From the NCBI GenBank assembly GCA_977030845.1, contig OZ365112.1:18600001-18664000 (forward strand): a DNA stretch of 64,000 bases, given 5' to 3'. The translations under genes and the position numbers were made by a program. Under the pieces are notes generated by a model that saw only the letters and a list, made by a program, of their open reading frames with translations, was not told the origin of the DNA and searched no databases. This document shows, piece after piece, positions 27,801 to 39,502 of the stretch (positions within the stretch are counted from its first letter, which is position 1; each line of letters begins with the position of its first letter). Source of the stretch: Fimbriosthenelais zetlandica (lineage: Eukaryota).

Positions 27801-30800
27801 ATGTAATTGCTTCCCCACACTGGCGCAGTATCTACGCAGATATCTGCACAGTATTCTTTATCAAGTCTGACCTTTACATGTGGTAGATAAGGCTAAAATA
27901 CAAAGTTCTTTGGACTTTGGATGGCACCCAACCAGTTAAACTTAAAGTATGTCCTTCACACGATAACAATATTTATATCTCTGACCTCGCCCAACAACAC
28001 AAACTGACAGACACAGACAGAAATGGATAAAGGACATCCCACTTACTGATTAAAATCAGGACTGCATAGAGAAAAAAATGTATCATGAAAGTAAGGATAT
28101 AAATTATGGGGGGAAAACCCCAAAAAATATACTCACTGTTCAAGAACTGAAGTCTTGGAAGGACTTAACTTCTCGAATTCTTCTATTTCTTGAAAGCTCT
28201 GTTCATACCTTAAAAAGATGAGGCGAAAACATAATGATAACCATCTAATTCAACTAATAGGTTCAATGAAATACCTTAAAAGTAAATATCAGTTATCTGT
28301 TGTCTGTGTAGGAAAGATATGACCGAATAGTGTAGTTGAGGTAGATTTATATTTTATGAGATGTTAACTTACCAACTCTCAACAAGCCTGACGGAAGGCA
28401 TGGAGAGAAGCTGGTCGGGTAGCAAATTGATCTCTTTCATGATGTTAGCCAGTCTCACCAACAACTCCTTTCTCAAGAAAATATACGACGTCTCTTCACA
28501 TGCCTGTTTGGTACCTACAATGACAATCATTAGTGAAAGACTTAAATTAACAGAAACAATATTATTGAAAAACCGGCGTTCAGAAAAGCTGCACAAAATA
28601 TCAAATGACATTTTTTTACAAAATAACTGGAGAATCACTGCTGTTTGGACGTCAGTCAGTTCATTAATTTTAACGAAGCTTGCCAGCCTCAGGCGCCTCC
28701 TGGGTTTCTCTCTTGATTTGGCTGGTGTGACTTGGAATGAATTATATACTGACATACTATATATAGTCTTGAATCTATAGAATTCGACTTACTGGCCAAA
28801 TTAATTTGAACGAGAAAGAAATGTGTTGGCGAGACCAAAGTCGATATCATTTAATTCGGGTCGAAGCCATGACTTTTAAACGACTCTGCTATAATAGTAA
28901 ATAATTTATGAGTTTGTTTCCGTTGTTTGTACGATTTTTGTCCATATGTTAGAGTGGCTGATAAAGAGTTCAATGTCTATCATTATAGTAAGATAAATAG
29001 GGAAACTCTACTTATCATGTGATTTACAAAGCAGAGCAGCCACAACATAGAATTGGACTTTGGATCTACATTACTAAATAAATACACAACATATATACGT
29101 CCAATACATACATATAGTTCAGAACCTCTTTTCTCTTGCATGTGACTGATATGATATCATTTTATGTGCTCTTTGCCCCCTTCTTCCTCCTTCAGTATTG
29201 AAGAATGAGATATTACGGCGTCATAAGAATGATGTTTGATTACATATTGTTGGACATCTGCCAGATTTTAGCCGTTTTTTTCTTGTAACCTTGACTATAC
29301 TAAACGACCTTCTCTCTGACTGAAGCTACGCCAATACGCAGCAGACAAACCGACACACCCCCACTTCCCAGCCAATCACTGAGCGACTTGGCTCAAGTTT
29401 GTTTGTTGTTTTTTTGTGCCATATAGTTTTTGTCAACACATGTCTACACAAAACTGCGACTCGTTGACAAATCAATGGGACATTACAGTCAGGTTTCCCT
29501 GTCCAAATTTGAGGACAAAATCCAAATAATGGTAATTAAGTCATCAATATATAGAGACTATTTCCAGCAGTTCTATATCTAAACGTAGTATATAGTAATT
29601 ACTACATATATCTGCTTTATCTGCAGGATGAGTGCAGAAAAGTATTGTAAGGGTGTTTATTCAGGCCAGCATGACCTTGTTGAGTTACTCGGATAGGGGA
29701 GCTACTCACGGGCATATTGAGGTCACAGTGTACGTTAGTCAGCTGATTATAATGTTCTGCCAAGTTACATGTAATAGAGGCCAAAATGAACATACCATCT
29801 CATATTAAACGCTATAACGAATTTGCTCTTCATATAACCTTGTGTCTTGCAGTAAATCCCTCTAATCTTTGAACAGATATTTGATAGCCTTATAAAAGAC
29901 CATTCACAAGACGGCCGAACGTGTATTGAGTTTTCGCCATAGAAGCAACCTCCATGCAAAACCAAGCTATTCATCCTCAATGTCATAGTGCTGAGATAAT
30001 GGATTAGAAGCTATATAATGCTCTACTGATCTATATCCAGGCCACCCCCCACCCCCACCCCCTCCAACACCCACACCCGGGCTATGCCTAATAGACATTT
30101 TCTTATTAAAACCAAAGAGCTTATAGTAATTATAAGCTCTTTGTTAAAACTCACCAAAACAATACATGTCCTCAAACGACCGCTCACAAGCCCATGCTTT
30201 ATGAAGCACAGTACATATTATGATTTATTTATGAATGCATTGTTCTTTAAAACAGTGACCATGGGGGCGTGGGAATGTATAATATCAGAATTATTGCAGT
30301 CATGTCATGGAGGGATCCGACTGGGAAATCTGGTCTATACAGGAACACGCTTGGAGGAAGATACTTGCAATTTCTGTATTGCAGCAGATACCAGGCTGTA
30401 GGCCTATAGTATACCTGTGTGGACTGTCCAGAGGCAATATTAAAAGATTCATGCCTTAATAAACAACAACGAAATGCTAAAGAAAGGTGACATTTAAAGG
30501 CGTCCAGGATTGAATACCGGTATCATTAATGTCACTAAATTCTGACTGGATGAACTAAATTTATTTCCCGAGCTTAATGACCTTTAAATCTAGTACTTAA
30601 AAAAAGATCATAAATAGACAGAATATTCCTAAAAGTAAAACCAGTACAACCAGTCTTGGTCCTTCAGCCTTTCAGGCATGCCTTCACTCAGAACAGGCAG
30701 CCCCCTTGCAAACCCCCAACCTTTTTTCACGAGCTGGGGTCCCAGTGGGGGCATATTTTCCAAGGCAATGCCAATGGCAACGTCACGTAGACTAGAATAA

Positions 30801-31219
30801 TGTGTTACGTTAAAAATTATTTTGATTAGAATCTAGGCGCCTATCTATTCTAACTCTAAGACTAAGAGTAAGACGAAGCACAAAATTTAGTGTTAACACC
30901 ACTGATAAACCTCTGAGGGAGAGATTCAATGTTAAGCAGTGACCAATCACTTAAAAGTCAAGACGGAAGATGCAAAATCATGACGCCCTCTATTTACATC
31001 TACACTACAGTGGAAGATCATTGAAGACGGATCGCCATCGGATCGCCATCGACATCATCATACCAAAACAAAACAAACCAGCTCAGCTGCACGTAGGCCT
31101 ACGCTACAGTACTCACCGAAATCAATGAACTGTTGAATGGAAAGGACCGAAGGATGATACTGTGAATAGTAGTCGATCATCTTCGTTGCCTGTCTCAGGC
31201 AACATCTCGTTAACCGCAT
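24172..31219 (-). CDS. PDK: Pyruvate dehydrogenase (acetyl-transferring) kinase, mitochondrial; complete 10-exon gene, ~461 aa
   Basis: Exons 31117-31219, 28373-28514, 28137-28208, 25925-26118, 25738-25824, 25531-25608, 25336-25412, 25069-25170, 24642-24869 and 24172-24474; all GT-AG and phase-compatible. Motifs [61 protein letters not shown] (N box), SDQGGG (G1), [15 protein letters not shown] (G2) and C-terminal DW. Confidence 0.97.
25069..25824 (-). CDS. PDK: PDK exons 5-8 (25738-25824, 25531-25608, 25336-25412, 25069-25170)
   Basis: [21 protein letters not shown]; [17 protein letters not shown]; [15 protein letters not shown]; [10 protein letters not shown]...GDEDVTIK; canonical splice sites. 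Confidence 0.96.
25925..26118 (-). CDS. PDK: PDK exon 4 ([12 protein letters not shown]...[19 protein letters not shown])
   Basis: cttcctcag acceptor, GTAAGC donor, signature motif. Confidence 0.97.
28137..28208 (-). CDS. PDK: PDK exon 3 ([24 protein letters not shown])
   Basis: ttttaag acceptor, GTGAGT donor, phase 2-2. Confidence 0.93.
28373..28514 (-). CDS. PDK: PDK exon 2 ([48 protein letters not shown])
   Basis: ttgtag acceptor, GTAAGT donor, conserved PDK regulatory-domain sequence. Confidence 0.96.
31117..31219 (-). CDS. PDK: PDK exon 1 ([35 protein letters not shown]), with an Arg-rich N-terminus typical of a mitochondrial presequence
   Basis: ATG at 31219; donor TTCG|GTGAGT; not in the supplied ORF track. 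Confidence 0.93.
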
Positions 31220-32023
31220 CGTGATCGCTTATAAGTCAAATACTTCGTTTTCACACGGCGGACTGACTTCACTCTGTCCTCTCTGGATATTTTCCACGGT
31301 TTCCGTGACGTCATGGAAATTATCGCACTTATCCACTACTACCGCCTGGCGGAGTTTTCTACAACTAACTCCCTTTGATTTTCAAGATGGCCGCCGACCT
31401 CAGTTCAGCTTTTCGCCGCTGGCCGGGAGGGCGGTAGCGTCGCTTCATTCCCATCCACTTGAAGGCCTCCTACGCAAAGATAAAACAATAAATTGAGCTG
31501 ATTCTACTCCTGGCTCACTCTTGCCTTTGTAATGCTACTGTCATATCGTTTTGAAACAAAAACAAAATATTCTCGTTTCTCATGAGATAGAGACGAAAAA
31601 CTAACCCCATCTCCGGTTCAGATCGATCCCTGTAGCGCCCTCTCCCACTTAAGCCTCGTTCATCGACGGAAGATTCGGGAACTAAAGATTTTCAAGATGG
31701 CCGCCGTGTTTACTGGATGGCACATACCTCAGTTCAGCTTTTCGCCGCTGGCCGGGAGGGCGGTAGCGTCGCTTCATTCCCATCCACTTGAAGGCCTCCT
31801 ACGCAAGAATGAAACACTATATTAAGCTGATTACACTCCAAACTCACTCCTGTATTTGTAATGTTACTGTAATATCGTATTAAATCTAAATATTCTCGTT
31901 TTTACTGATATAGCAGGGGAACGCCATCTTGGACTGTAACGTTTAACCGACTGGCGGAGGTTTCTAAAACTAACTCCAGTTGAAACGGTTCTCAACGACT
32001 GTAACTTTTACTCTTTATTCAAA
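31220..32023. promoter_or_regulatory. Divergent (head-to-head) PDK/SEM1 promoter region
   Basis: 804 bp between opposed start codons and visibly CpG-rich. CRE TGACGTCA at 31306-31313; YY1-like CAAGATGGC at 31383 (+), 31693 (+) and 31924-31932 (-), plus CAAAATGGC at the SEM1 start. Confidence 0.75.
31379..31910. repeat. Tandem duplication (~310-330-bp period) with an 81-bp identical core (31397-31477 = 31726-31806) and diverged downstream flanks
   Basis: Direct base-by-base comparison; both copies are preceded by TTTTCAAGATGGCCGCCG. Confidence 0.95.
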
Positions 32024-32822
32024 ATGGCCGACCAACCGAAGAAACCTGACCTCGGTCTGTTAGAAGAAGACGACGAATTTGAAGAATTCCCCGCCGAAGG
32101 TAAGCTATCTTTTCTTCAGATGATGAAAGGGATCATTTCCTCTATAATGTGACTTAAAAATAGTCTGTAATTGTGGGTATACTATAGTGAGGGGCCACTA
32201 AATGTGACTCGGAATGGTCGCCGTTAGATATGGCTGAATCACGCTCTCCCCTGCCAGACCCAGTTCCATTGTTGTCTTTGCTTCGGCTCAGATTGAAGAC
32301 CTCAGTTCACTATGTTAAGGAGTTATTTCATCATTGTTTCAAATGAATTAATTCCTCACATATTGTTTTAACATTCTCAGGTGTTAATAATCCAATTTCT
32401 ATCCTACCAGTGTGGACAGGGGCAGAAGAAGATAAAGGTGACGTGAACGTGTGGGAAGATAACTGGGACGATGATAATATCGAAGACGACTTTTCTCAAC
32501 AATTAAGGTAAAATATTGTTATAGGGTACTCAATCTAGTTACCTATTTATAATAATTATACGATTCCTTGTTTTACTGGGCGACTGAGGACTTTAACTTC
32601 ATGTATTACCGGTACTAAACTAAAATCTTAAATAAATAAATGCCAACTTAGGCCTACATCAAATGTTAATAATTATAATAAATAATGAATTATTCCTTAT
32701 AAGTAAAGATGACATAGGATGATTATGGAAATGTTGCTACTCCTATTGTGTGTTATTTCAGGACCGAGCTGGAAAAGCAAGGGCACAAAGTCACAAATGG
32801 CACAGAACCTATGCGGACATGA
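32024..32822 (+). CDS. SEM1: 26S proteasome complex subunit SEM1/DSS1, 3 exons (32024-32099, 32411-32507, 32762-32822), 77 aa
   Basis: [77 protein letters not shown]; both DSS1 acidic motifs present; GT-AG introns in phases 1 and 2. Confidence 0.97.
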
Positions 32823-33007
32823 AGATTGTTGGGACCCAATTCATGTGTAATCAACCAGAGAAAGTGAAGATCTAAACGAGGAGTCTTCATTGATATTTAT
32901 GAACAGTTTGGACCTAATGAATGGACGATTGTTTTAATGACAGATAAATTATAACGAAAGCGATCCTGTCTAAAATGTGTGCATCATCCCCTCTATAATG
33001 TCAAAGA

Positions 33008-33013
33008 AATAAA
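33008..33013 (+). terminator. Candidate SEM1 polyadenylation signal AATAAA
   Basis: 186 nt after the stop codon. Confidence 0.6.
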
Positions 33014-33057
33014 ATTAGTCATATAAATGACAAGAAAAACGAAAATATATTTGACTT

Positions 33058-33063
33058 TTTATT
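33058..33063 (-). terminator. Candidate chimaerin distal polyadenylation signal AATAAA
   Basis: TTTATT on + strand facing the SEM1 signal; would imply a ~4.6-kb 3' UTR. Confidence 0.4.
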
Positions 33064-36000
33064 GTAATGACATACTCTGCGCATCGCATGTACACACTTG
33101 CAATGGTCAAGGCCAGATATGGACTTGATTCTATTAAAATCAGGTCGAGCTTCCATGTAGTGTAGGCAGCCCGCATGATCATGATGTAATCCTAAAGAAA
33201 GAGGTCTGCGAAGTCACCTTCAATCTACAAAGGACAATTACAGTATAAAGACCAGCGACCAACTTGCCTAACAAATGTGTATTGGTAGGAATATCAACTG
33301 ACTTCAAGTGGCTTGCTTGCCCATCTTATATTCCATTTCCATACGTACCATAACTCACGTGGTTATATATATAGATTTACTGCGGTTTCCATCATCAACG
33401 ATGACTAGTCAGTGGCTATTGTCATGACTGTACATGTACCAACATTTATACAGGGAAAGCAATGAATACAGCAGAACTGAGAAATGTGCACATCACATGT
33501 AAGTCTAAACTGTAGATTAGACATTTACGTAGCGCAGTATTTTGTCCGGGGAGCCTAAATGTTACCAACAGCCTCCACTCGACTTTTTAAAAACTATATA
33601 CTCCAGTAGAAAACCAAGACTTGGTAGAAGCCGGGGCTTACCGAGACCTGATATAGAGGCCCCAGATGAATCCCTCACCCTAGCTTATCATCATCTTGTT
33701 TTGGGTAGAATCATGTGACAGTTAAGTACAAGTATTAATCAAACTCATTCATACACCATTCCAGTAAGCAGACATCTTTCCCCAATGGTAACAAAGTGCT
33801 AAAATAAATATGATGAGCAAAAAGAATGTCTGATTTAATTCGAGTAAATTTTCTATCGAAAACTTGGGTCTGAACGATCAGGAAAGCCAAGACAATCGGC
33901 CTCCACTCATCACTCAGACCCATGCAATATGATAGGGCATATGAGTCGTACAAAGTTCAAAGCTTTCTTTGAAACTGATCATCATGTTCATACCAAATGG
34001 CAAAGCACAACATTCACCATGTCTTGAGACTTCCTAGAAATTTACACATGGCGCATTTAAGCCATACTTGCAGTTGGAAAGGTTTCACAGCAGTATTATA
34101 TTAATGTCAAAATTTAAGGGCTCGAGCTGGTTCCAACACAAGTTTGGAGAAGATTTTTTAAAGATTTTGGCAGTGGTATCCCACGGGTATACAGCTTCTT
34201 CATGGAAGGAGACCAGAACCTCGATACACATTTTAAAATGTTCCCGTCGTAATTCACAAGAGGAAAATATAAAGGTATCATATTTCTACGGAGAAAATAG
34301 AACTGCGATGCTGGCCAAAGGGAAGAAAAAAGGCACACCGACTAGTCTATCACTTGAGAGGGCAGGGCAGATGGTATGGAAATAAATGTAGCTACTAAGG
34401 GAAAACCATCATTATCCTTAGGTCACTCACATTTCGGATCATATGAGAATCAAAATTATGAAGAAATGAAGGGTTTCACTCTAATAGTCTACCGTCTCAT
34501 TAGGCAAGATTTTAGATTCTGGGAACTACCTTTATGTAGGATTCAACAAGAGCGATATAAATATGTGAATATAAATTCCCCGACCCAAAAAAAGATGACG
34601 TTAAAGTATATACAACATTTCTTATCTCTCTCAATCCATACGAATATGTAGCGCGGAGAAAAGGTGGCTTAACGGGATTATGCACATCAATAATAAACTT
34701 CCTTTACATGTATGGATACTGTTAGTGCGAACTAATTTTTTGGCATTTCATAATTGCAAGAGTTTAGTGTAAACCATTTTCACTATAGGAAACTCAAATC
34801 AATGCAAAATGAGCATTAAATTATATGTAACTATCTAGTCTCAAAGTTGTCAAGTATTGTTCACCCATCGGTTTTCTCTAGTGCCACGTTTAATATATTA
34901 CGAGATATATGTATACAAATCTATATACATTATCTATAATTATAACCAACTTAGAAATATATTTCAACTCAAAGATTGAATGATGACTCAGAGGGAACAC
35001 TGAAATCATCAAAACTTGTTCATTTCTGATGGGCTTCTGACATAAAATTCAATTTGATAACACAGCCTATACCTAAAAATCACAAATCAAACTCCGAACA
35101 AGGAATATGCACACATAAAGTCTGTGAATAATTAAAGATGAAAAAGGACTTTTCATGATTCCATTTCAGGAGGTTTTTCTCCAAAGAAGCTCATAATTTC
35201 TAATACTGTCATCCTTCATTAAATAGCAATATTTGTACTGAATATATATCCTGCATATTGGCGCATACCCTACCTGACATCTGAAGGCAAAATGTACAGT
35301 ATACACAAATGAACGGTAATGTGAAGGATGTAAAACATGTAAACAAGATTCTATACAGCATCACCATTCACTCACTACAAAATATACAAAAAATAAACGA
35401 CCTTTTAGTCAGGAAATCATAGCTACATATAATTTGTGGGCTCATTACTATTTTGAAAACAAGAATATCAAAATGGTCCCGCATTTCAGGTTTCCCGCCG
35501 AATATTATAACAAATATGATATCCAGAACATCATCAACCAGTGAGAGGCATGGATAGATTACATTGCTAACTCATTAGCTTTAATAACAAGGGAACGTCA
35601 CATAGCGATGCGTTCATTTACCAGAAATAAAATATACAAAACTCAATAGGCAGCGACGATCCTATAGAATATAAATTTTTTGGTGTCCTCATATATTATG
35701 ACGAAAAAAATTAAAATAAACTGATCATTTTCTGTGTAGATGGAACACTTCCGAGCTACATAAATGAGAAAAATACATCAATATCATTCATGACTCATCT
35801 GTATAGACGAAGTCTTAGGCATGGAGATCTCTACAGTGTATGATTACAATCATATGATAGCAAAGCAATATAGCCCATTTAACCTTACAACTTCTGAATA
35901 ACCAAAGCTGATAACGTGAGAGAGAATTTTTTCATAAAATAAAATGCAACAACTTATTATATTATCTTGCTCCGCGCTGAATTAAGATATAATTGAGATT

Positions 36001-37686
36001 ATCTTCGCTATAAATTAATGGTGGATTATTCGCCAAAAGTTGGGACTCTTGTTTCACTCTTCACGCCACTATTGCTATTCCAGTTTCAAACCAACCAGCA
36101 ATCTCGTCGCATACACAGCCTACATTTCCAGATTGTTTTTACATATCATGTTCAATTATGAATCTCGACTATAATTTCAATTAAAAATATCAATGGTGGT
36201 CATAGTCTACATATATAAGCTGCATTGAAAGAAAAATACTAAATACTACCAAACACGTGAATGATATACATCACAATTATCATTATTTCTGATGTACTTG
36301 AGTTTTTTCTAAACCATCACCTTCCATTCATATCATAAAATATATGCAGTACAGAGAGCATACCAAGACATACGATAGAAAAGTTTACCTACAGTTGAAA
36401 ATATTTCATGAAGATAAGTGCGACTAGTACAATTTTCCCCAAGAATATATTGATTGCAACAGGATTTATACACAGATGTACACAGATGTAAAGAACTAAC
36501 TTTTAATAATCACCTCTTGGATTGTCTAGGAGTAAAGACAGGATTAACTGCAGGTCATTTAGTTTGAGCCCATTATTATTTCATGCTAATCAAGCCAGGG
36601 TCTGTTCTTTTAGCAATACATGTATTTGTTTTTACAAAAGCAATCCACACTACTAATCTCAAACTCAGGATAAACGGTCTCTACTCTTGGCCAATTACTT
36701 TAGAGGAAACATAATATTTAAATTAAAACTTTGCCAGCTCTCTCACAGCGCATCTAGAGTATTTGTGAAGATTCATCCCACGTGATTTTAACTCATAATT
36801 CTGGATTAAAACTTTCTATACTCAGAATCCAAAAATATGACAAGAAATATATGGATTTTTATCAGGGCTGAAATGTACCTCACATAATACTTGACAGGGA
36901 TGCAAACCCCCCTTGACGAGATAGCATTGAGTATAATGAACCTGGCTCAGCGGATAAATGAGTATGATGTACAATTCTTGGCATCCCCTGGCTTCTCAGA
37001 CTTTTCCGCCTATGTAGCGGAGGCTTTTTTTCATGAGGGGGAAGAGGCGGGTGTAAAAAGCAATGCCACATAGTGCTATAAATTGTTACATCTCGCCCAA
37101 GACGGCTGCTCAGATGACCACTTGTAAGGCAGTGAAGAGGCAAGCAGCAGCGATCAGCCGGTGTGGTGGGCCAAGCTGCCCAACAAGCCCTCCCCCACTC
37201 CATCAGCCGAGCTCAGATACTTGCACCACTTCATGTGTATGTATCAAAGTTATGTACTGTATGTATGTAATAATATATAAAGTTGCCAAAAAGGATGCTA
37301 TAATGCAATGCTTATGTGCTATAAAATAGATGACATGCGTCATGAATGGGAGGCATACAATGATCAGCAGTCCCTCGCCGACATCTTCATATGATACACA
37401 CACTGGTAAAGTATGGTGTCCACTGCTATCCTGACACTAGACCTTCATATTAACAATGATTATACGGTCATCAATCTCTTCTGTTTTTGACACAGCAAAA
37501 ATCAATTCATCAAATACTACATACAGGCCAATGATGGAGTGAAGCTATTCTTACACCATGAATGTTCCAGAACCAAACACTATCCATGAACTCAGTCAAA
37601 TCCAGGTTCCCCTATAGTCCAATGATATTTCCAAAAACGAAAACAAATCTATTTCTCTGGCAGAACTAAGTAACGCCAGGAGCTTG

Positions 37687-39502
37687 TCATCCTTCAAAGA
37701 GAGCAGCTTGATGTATGATGAGCAGCTCAATGAGTTCTCGCTCATATTTACTGGCAGTAAGACTTGTTAGAGGATCCGTCTCTGGAGAGCGCAGCAACGT
37801 TGGAGCGAAGACAATGGCCAAGTTCTCAGGACTCATCATATTCCGCTGTTGATGCTCGGTGGCTCTGAAAGAAAAAGACTTCAATGAGAAACAGTTTATA
37901 ATAAAGCTTATGGTAAATCCTGAGAATGATAACTTTCCCCATTGCCCTAGTAGGCCTTCTGTCCACTGATAACTTGCCCCCTTGCCTTAGTAGTAGTAGA
38001 CCTTCTGTCTAGTGATAACTTGCCACCTTACTCTAGTAGACTTTCTGTTCAGAGATAACTTGCCCCACCCCCTTGCCCTAGTCGATTTTCTGTCCAGTGA
38101 TAACTTGCCCCCTTGCCCTAGTAGACCTACTGACCAGTGATAACTTGCCCCTTGCCCGATGTTTACCTGTGTAAGTGAGCCATGAGGTACTTCAGAGTGT
38201 GGTAGTGAGCTGGCGGAAGCTGCATCAAGGCGTGTCGTAACATCTCCAACCTCTCATCATGTAGCATTGTGTCTTGTTCTGTAAGTGAGAAAAAGTATGA
38301 AAATATATCAAATATATCTAGTCATCCATTGCTGTAATGGACAATGATGAAGACAGACTGAAGCAAACAATCATGATGAGCGTTATCTATGATGGTTTAG
38401 GTGAAGCCGATCATGAACTAATATGACCTCTACTATGTACTAATATATTTTCTTTGTTAATCTATTTTTATCCAGGAGGGATGAAATACAATGAGCCACT
38501 ATAGCATATGACCTATCAAGTCTGTCAAATACTTACTGACAACATCGACCACTTTGTAGTAGACGTCAAATGTGATGAGTGGGATGGGGAGTATTCGGAA
38601 GTAGAGTTTTAATAGACTGGTAATAGTGTTGATATCCTTATATTTGTCTTCACTTATATCAGTTAGCTCACCGTCTGAAAACAAAGAATAAGAAAGATCG
38701 TCGTTGCTGCATTAACTTGAAGCTTCTAAATAAAAGTAATTCAAAAGAAAAATGGCTTTTGTCGAGAAGTAATTAACATAAGATCCAAATACTGTTCACT
38801 TGGTACTCTACCTTTATCAAAGGACATTTTTATAGCTTCGACATCATCATGGAAACCAGCAACTCTGTACAAGCCCTCAGCATCAACACCTGGAAAGCAA
38901 TGAAGAAATAAACTTCTAAAAACTCTATCCTGACAGATTATCATTTAGTGGCAAACAAAACTTCAATCATTTCAGTGAACAGGATCATTAGAACTATAGT
39001 GTTCTCACCTCGAGCTTCAATTTCCTTGATACACATTTCAACAACAACTGGAATGAGAGTGTTTTGAGCCTTGACAAGAGTAGTCAAATCCACCCCGAAC
39101 ATCCGCTTCACATACTTCATGTCCGGCATGCAGTCGTTCGGAACCTTTTCGGAGCATTTCTTGTGGGCATTAAACCCACAATCTAAAAGTAAAACGAATA
39201 GTCAGTAGGCAGTCTTTTTAATTCCGGTTCGCATTCAAAATGCTTGGTAAAGTCTCATGTATTTCAGGAACAAATAGGAACAAATCATAGTGTATGTATA
39301 TACTACAATGTATCTATGTTTAAATTAAGGTACATGTATGTGTATGGAAGCATGATTATTATAGTGTATTACCTTCCAGATCTACAAGTTGGAGGAATAG
39401 ATTTCCCATGTACTTACCCTGACATTTAACACCTTGTGCTATAAGACCCCAGAGGAAATTGGCACAAAAGTCACACCAATGAGGACCTTTGAAAGTATGT
39501 AG
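37687..39502 (-). CDS. CHN1: Chimaerin C1 and RhoGAP exons (39418-39502, 39009-39182, 38812-38889, 38537-38674, 38167-38278, 37687-37864)
   Basis: Zn ligands of C1 present; [63 protein letters not shown]; stop TGA at 37687-37689. Confidence 0.97.
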
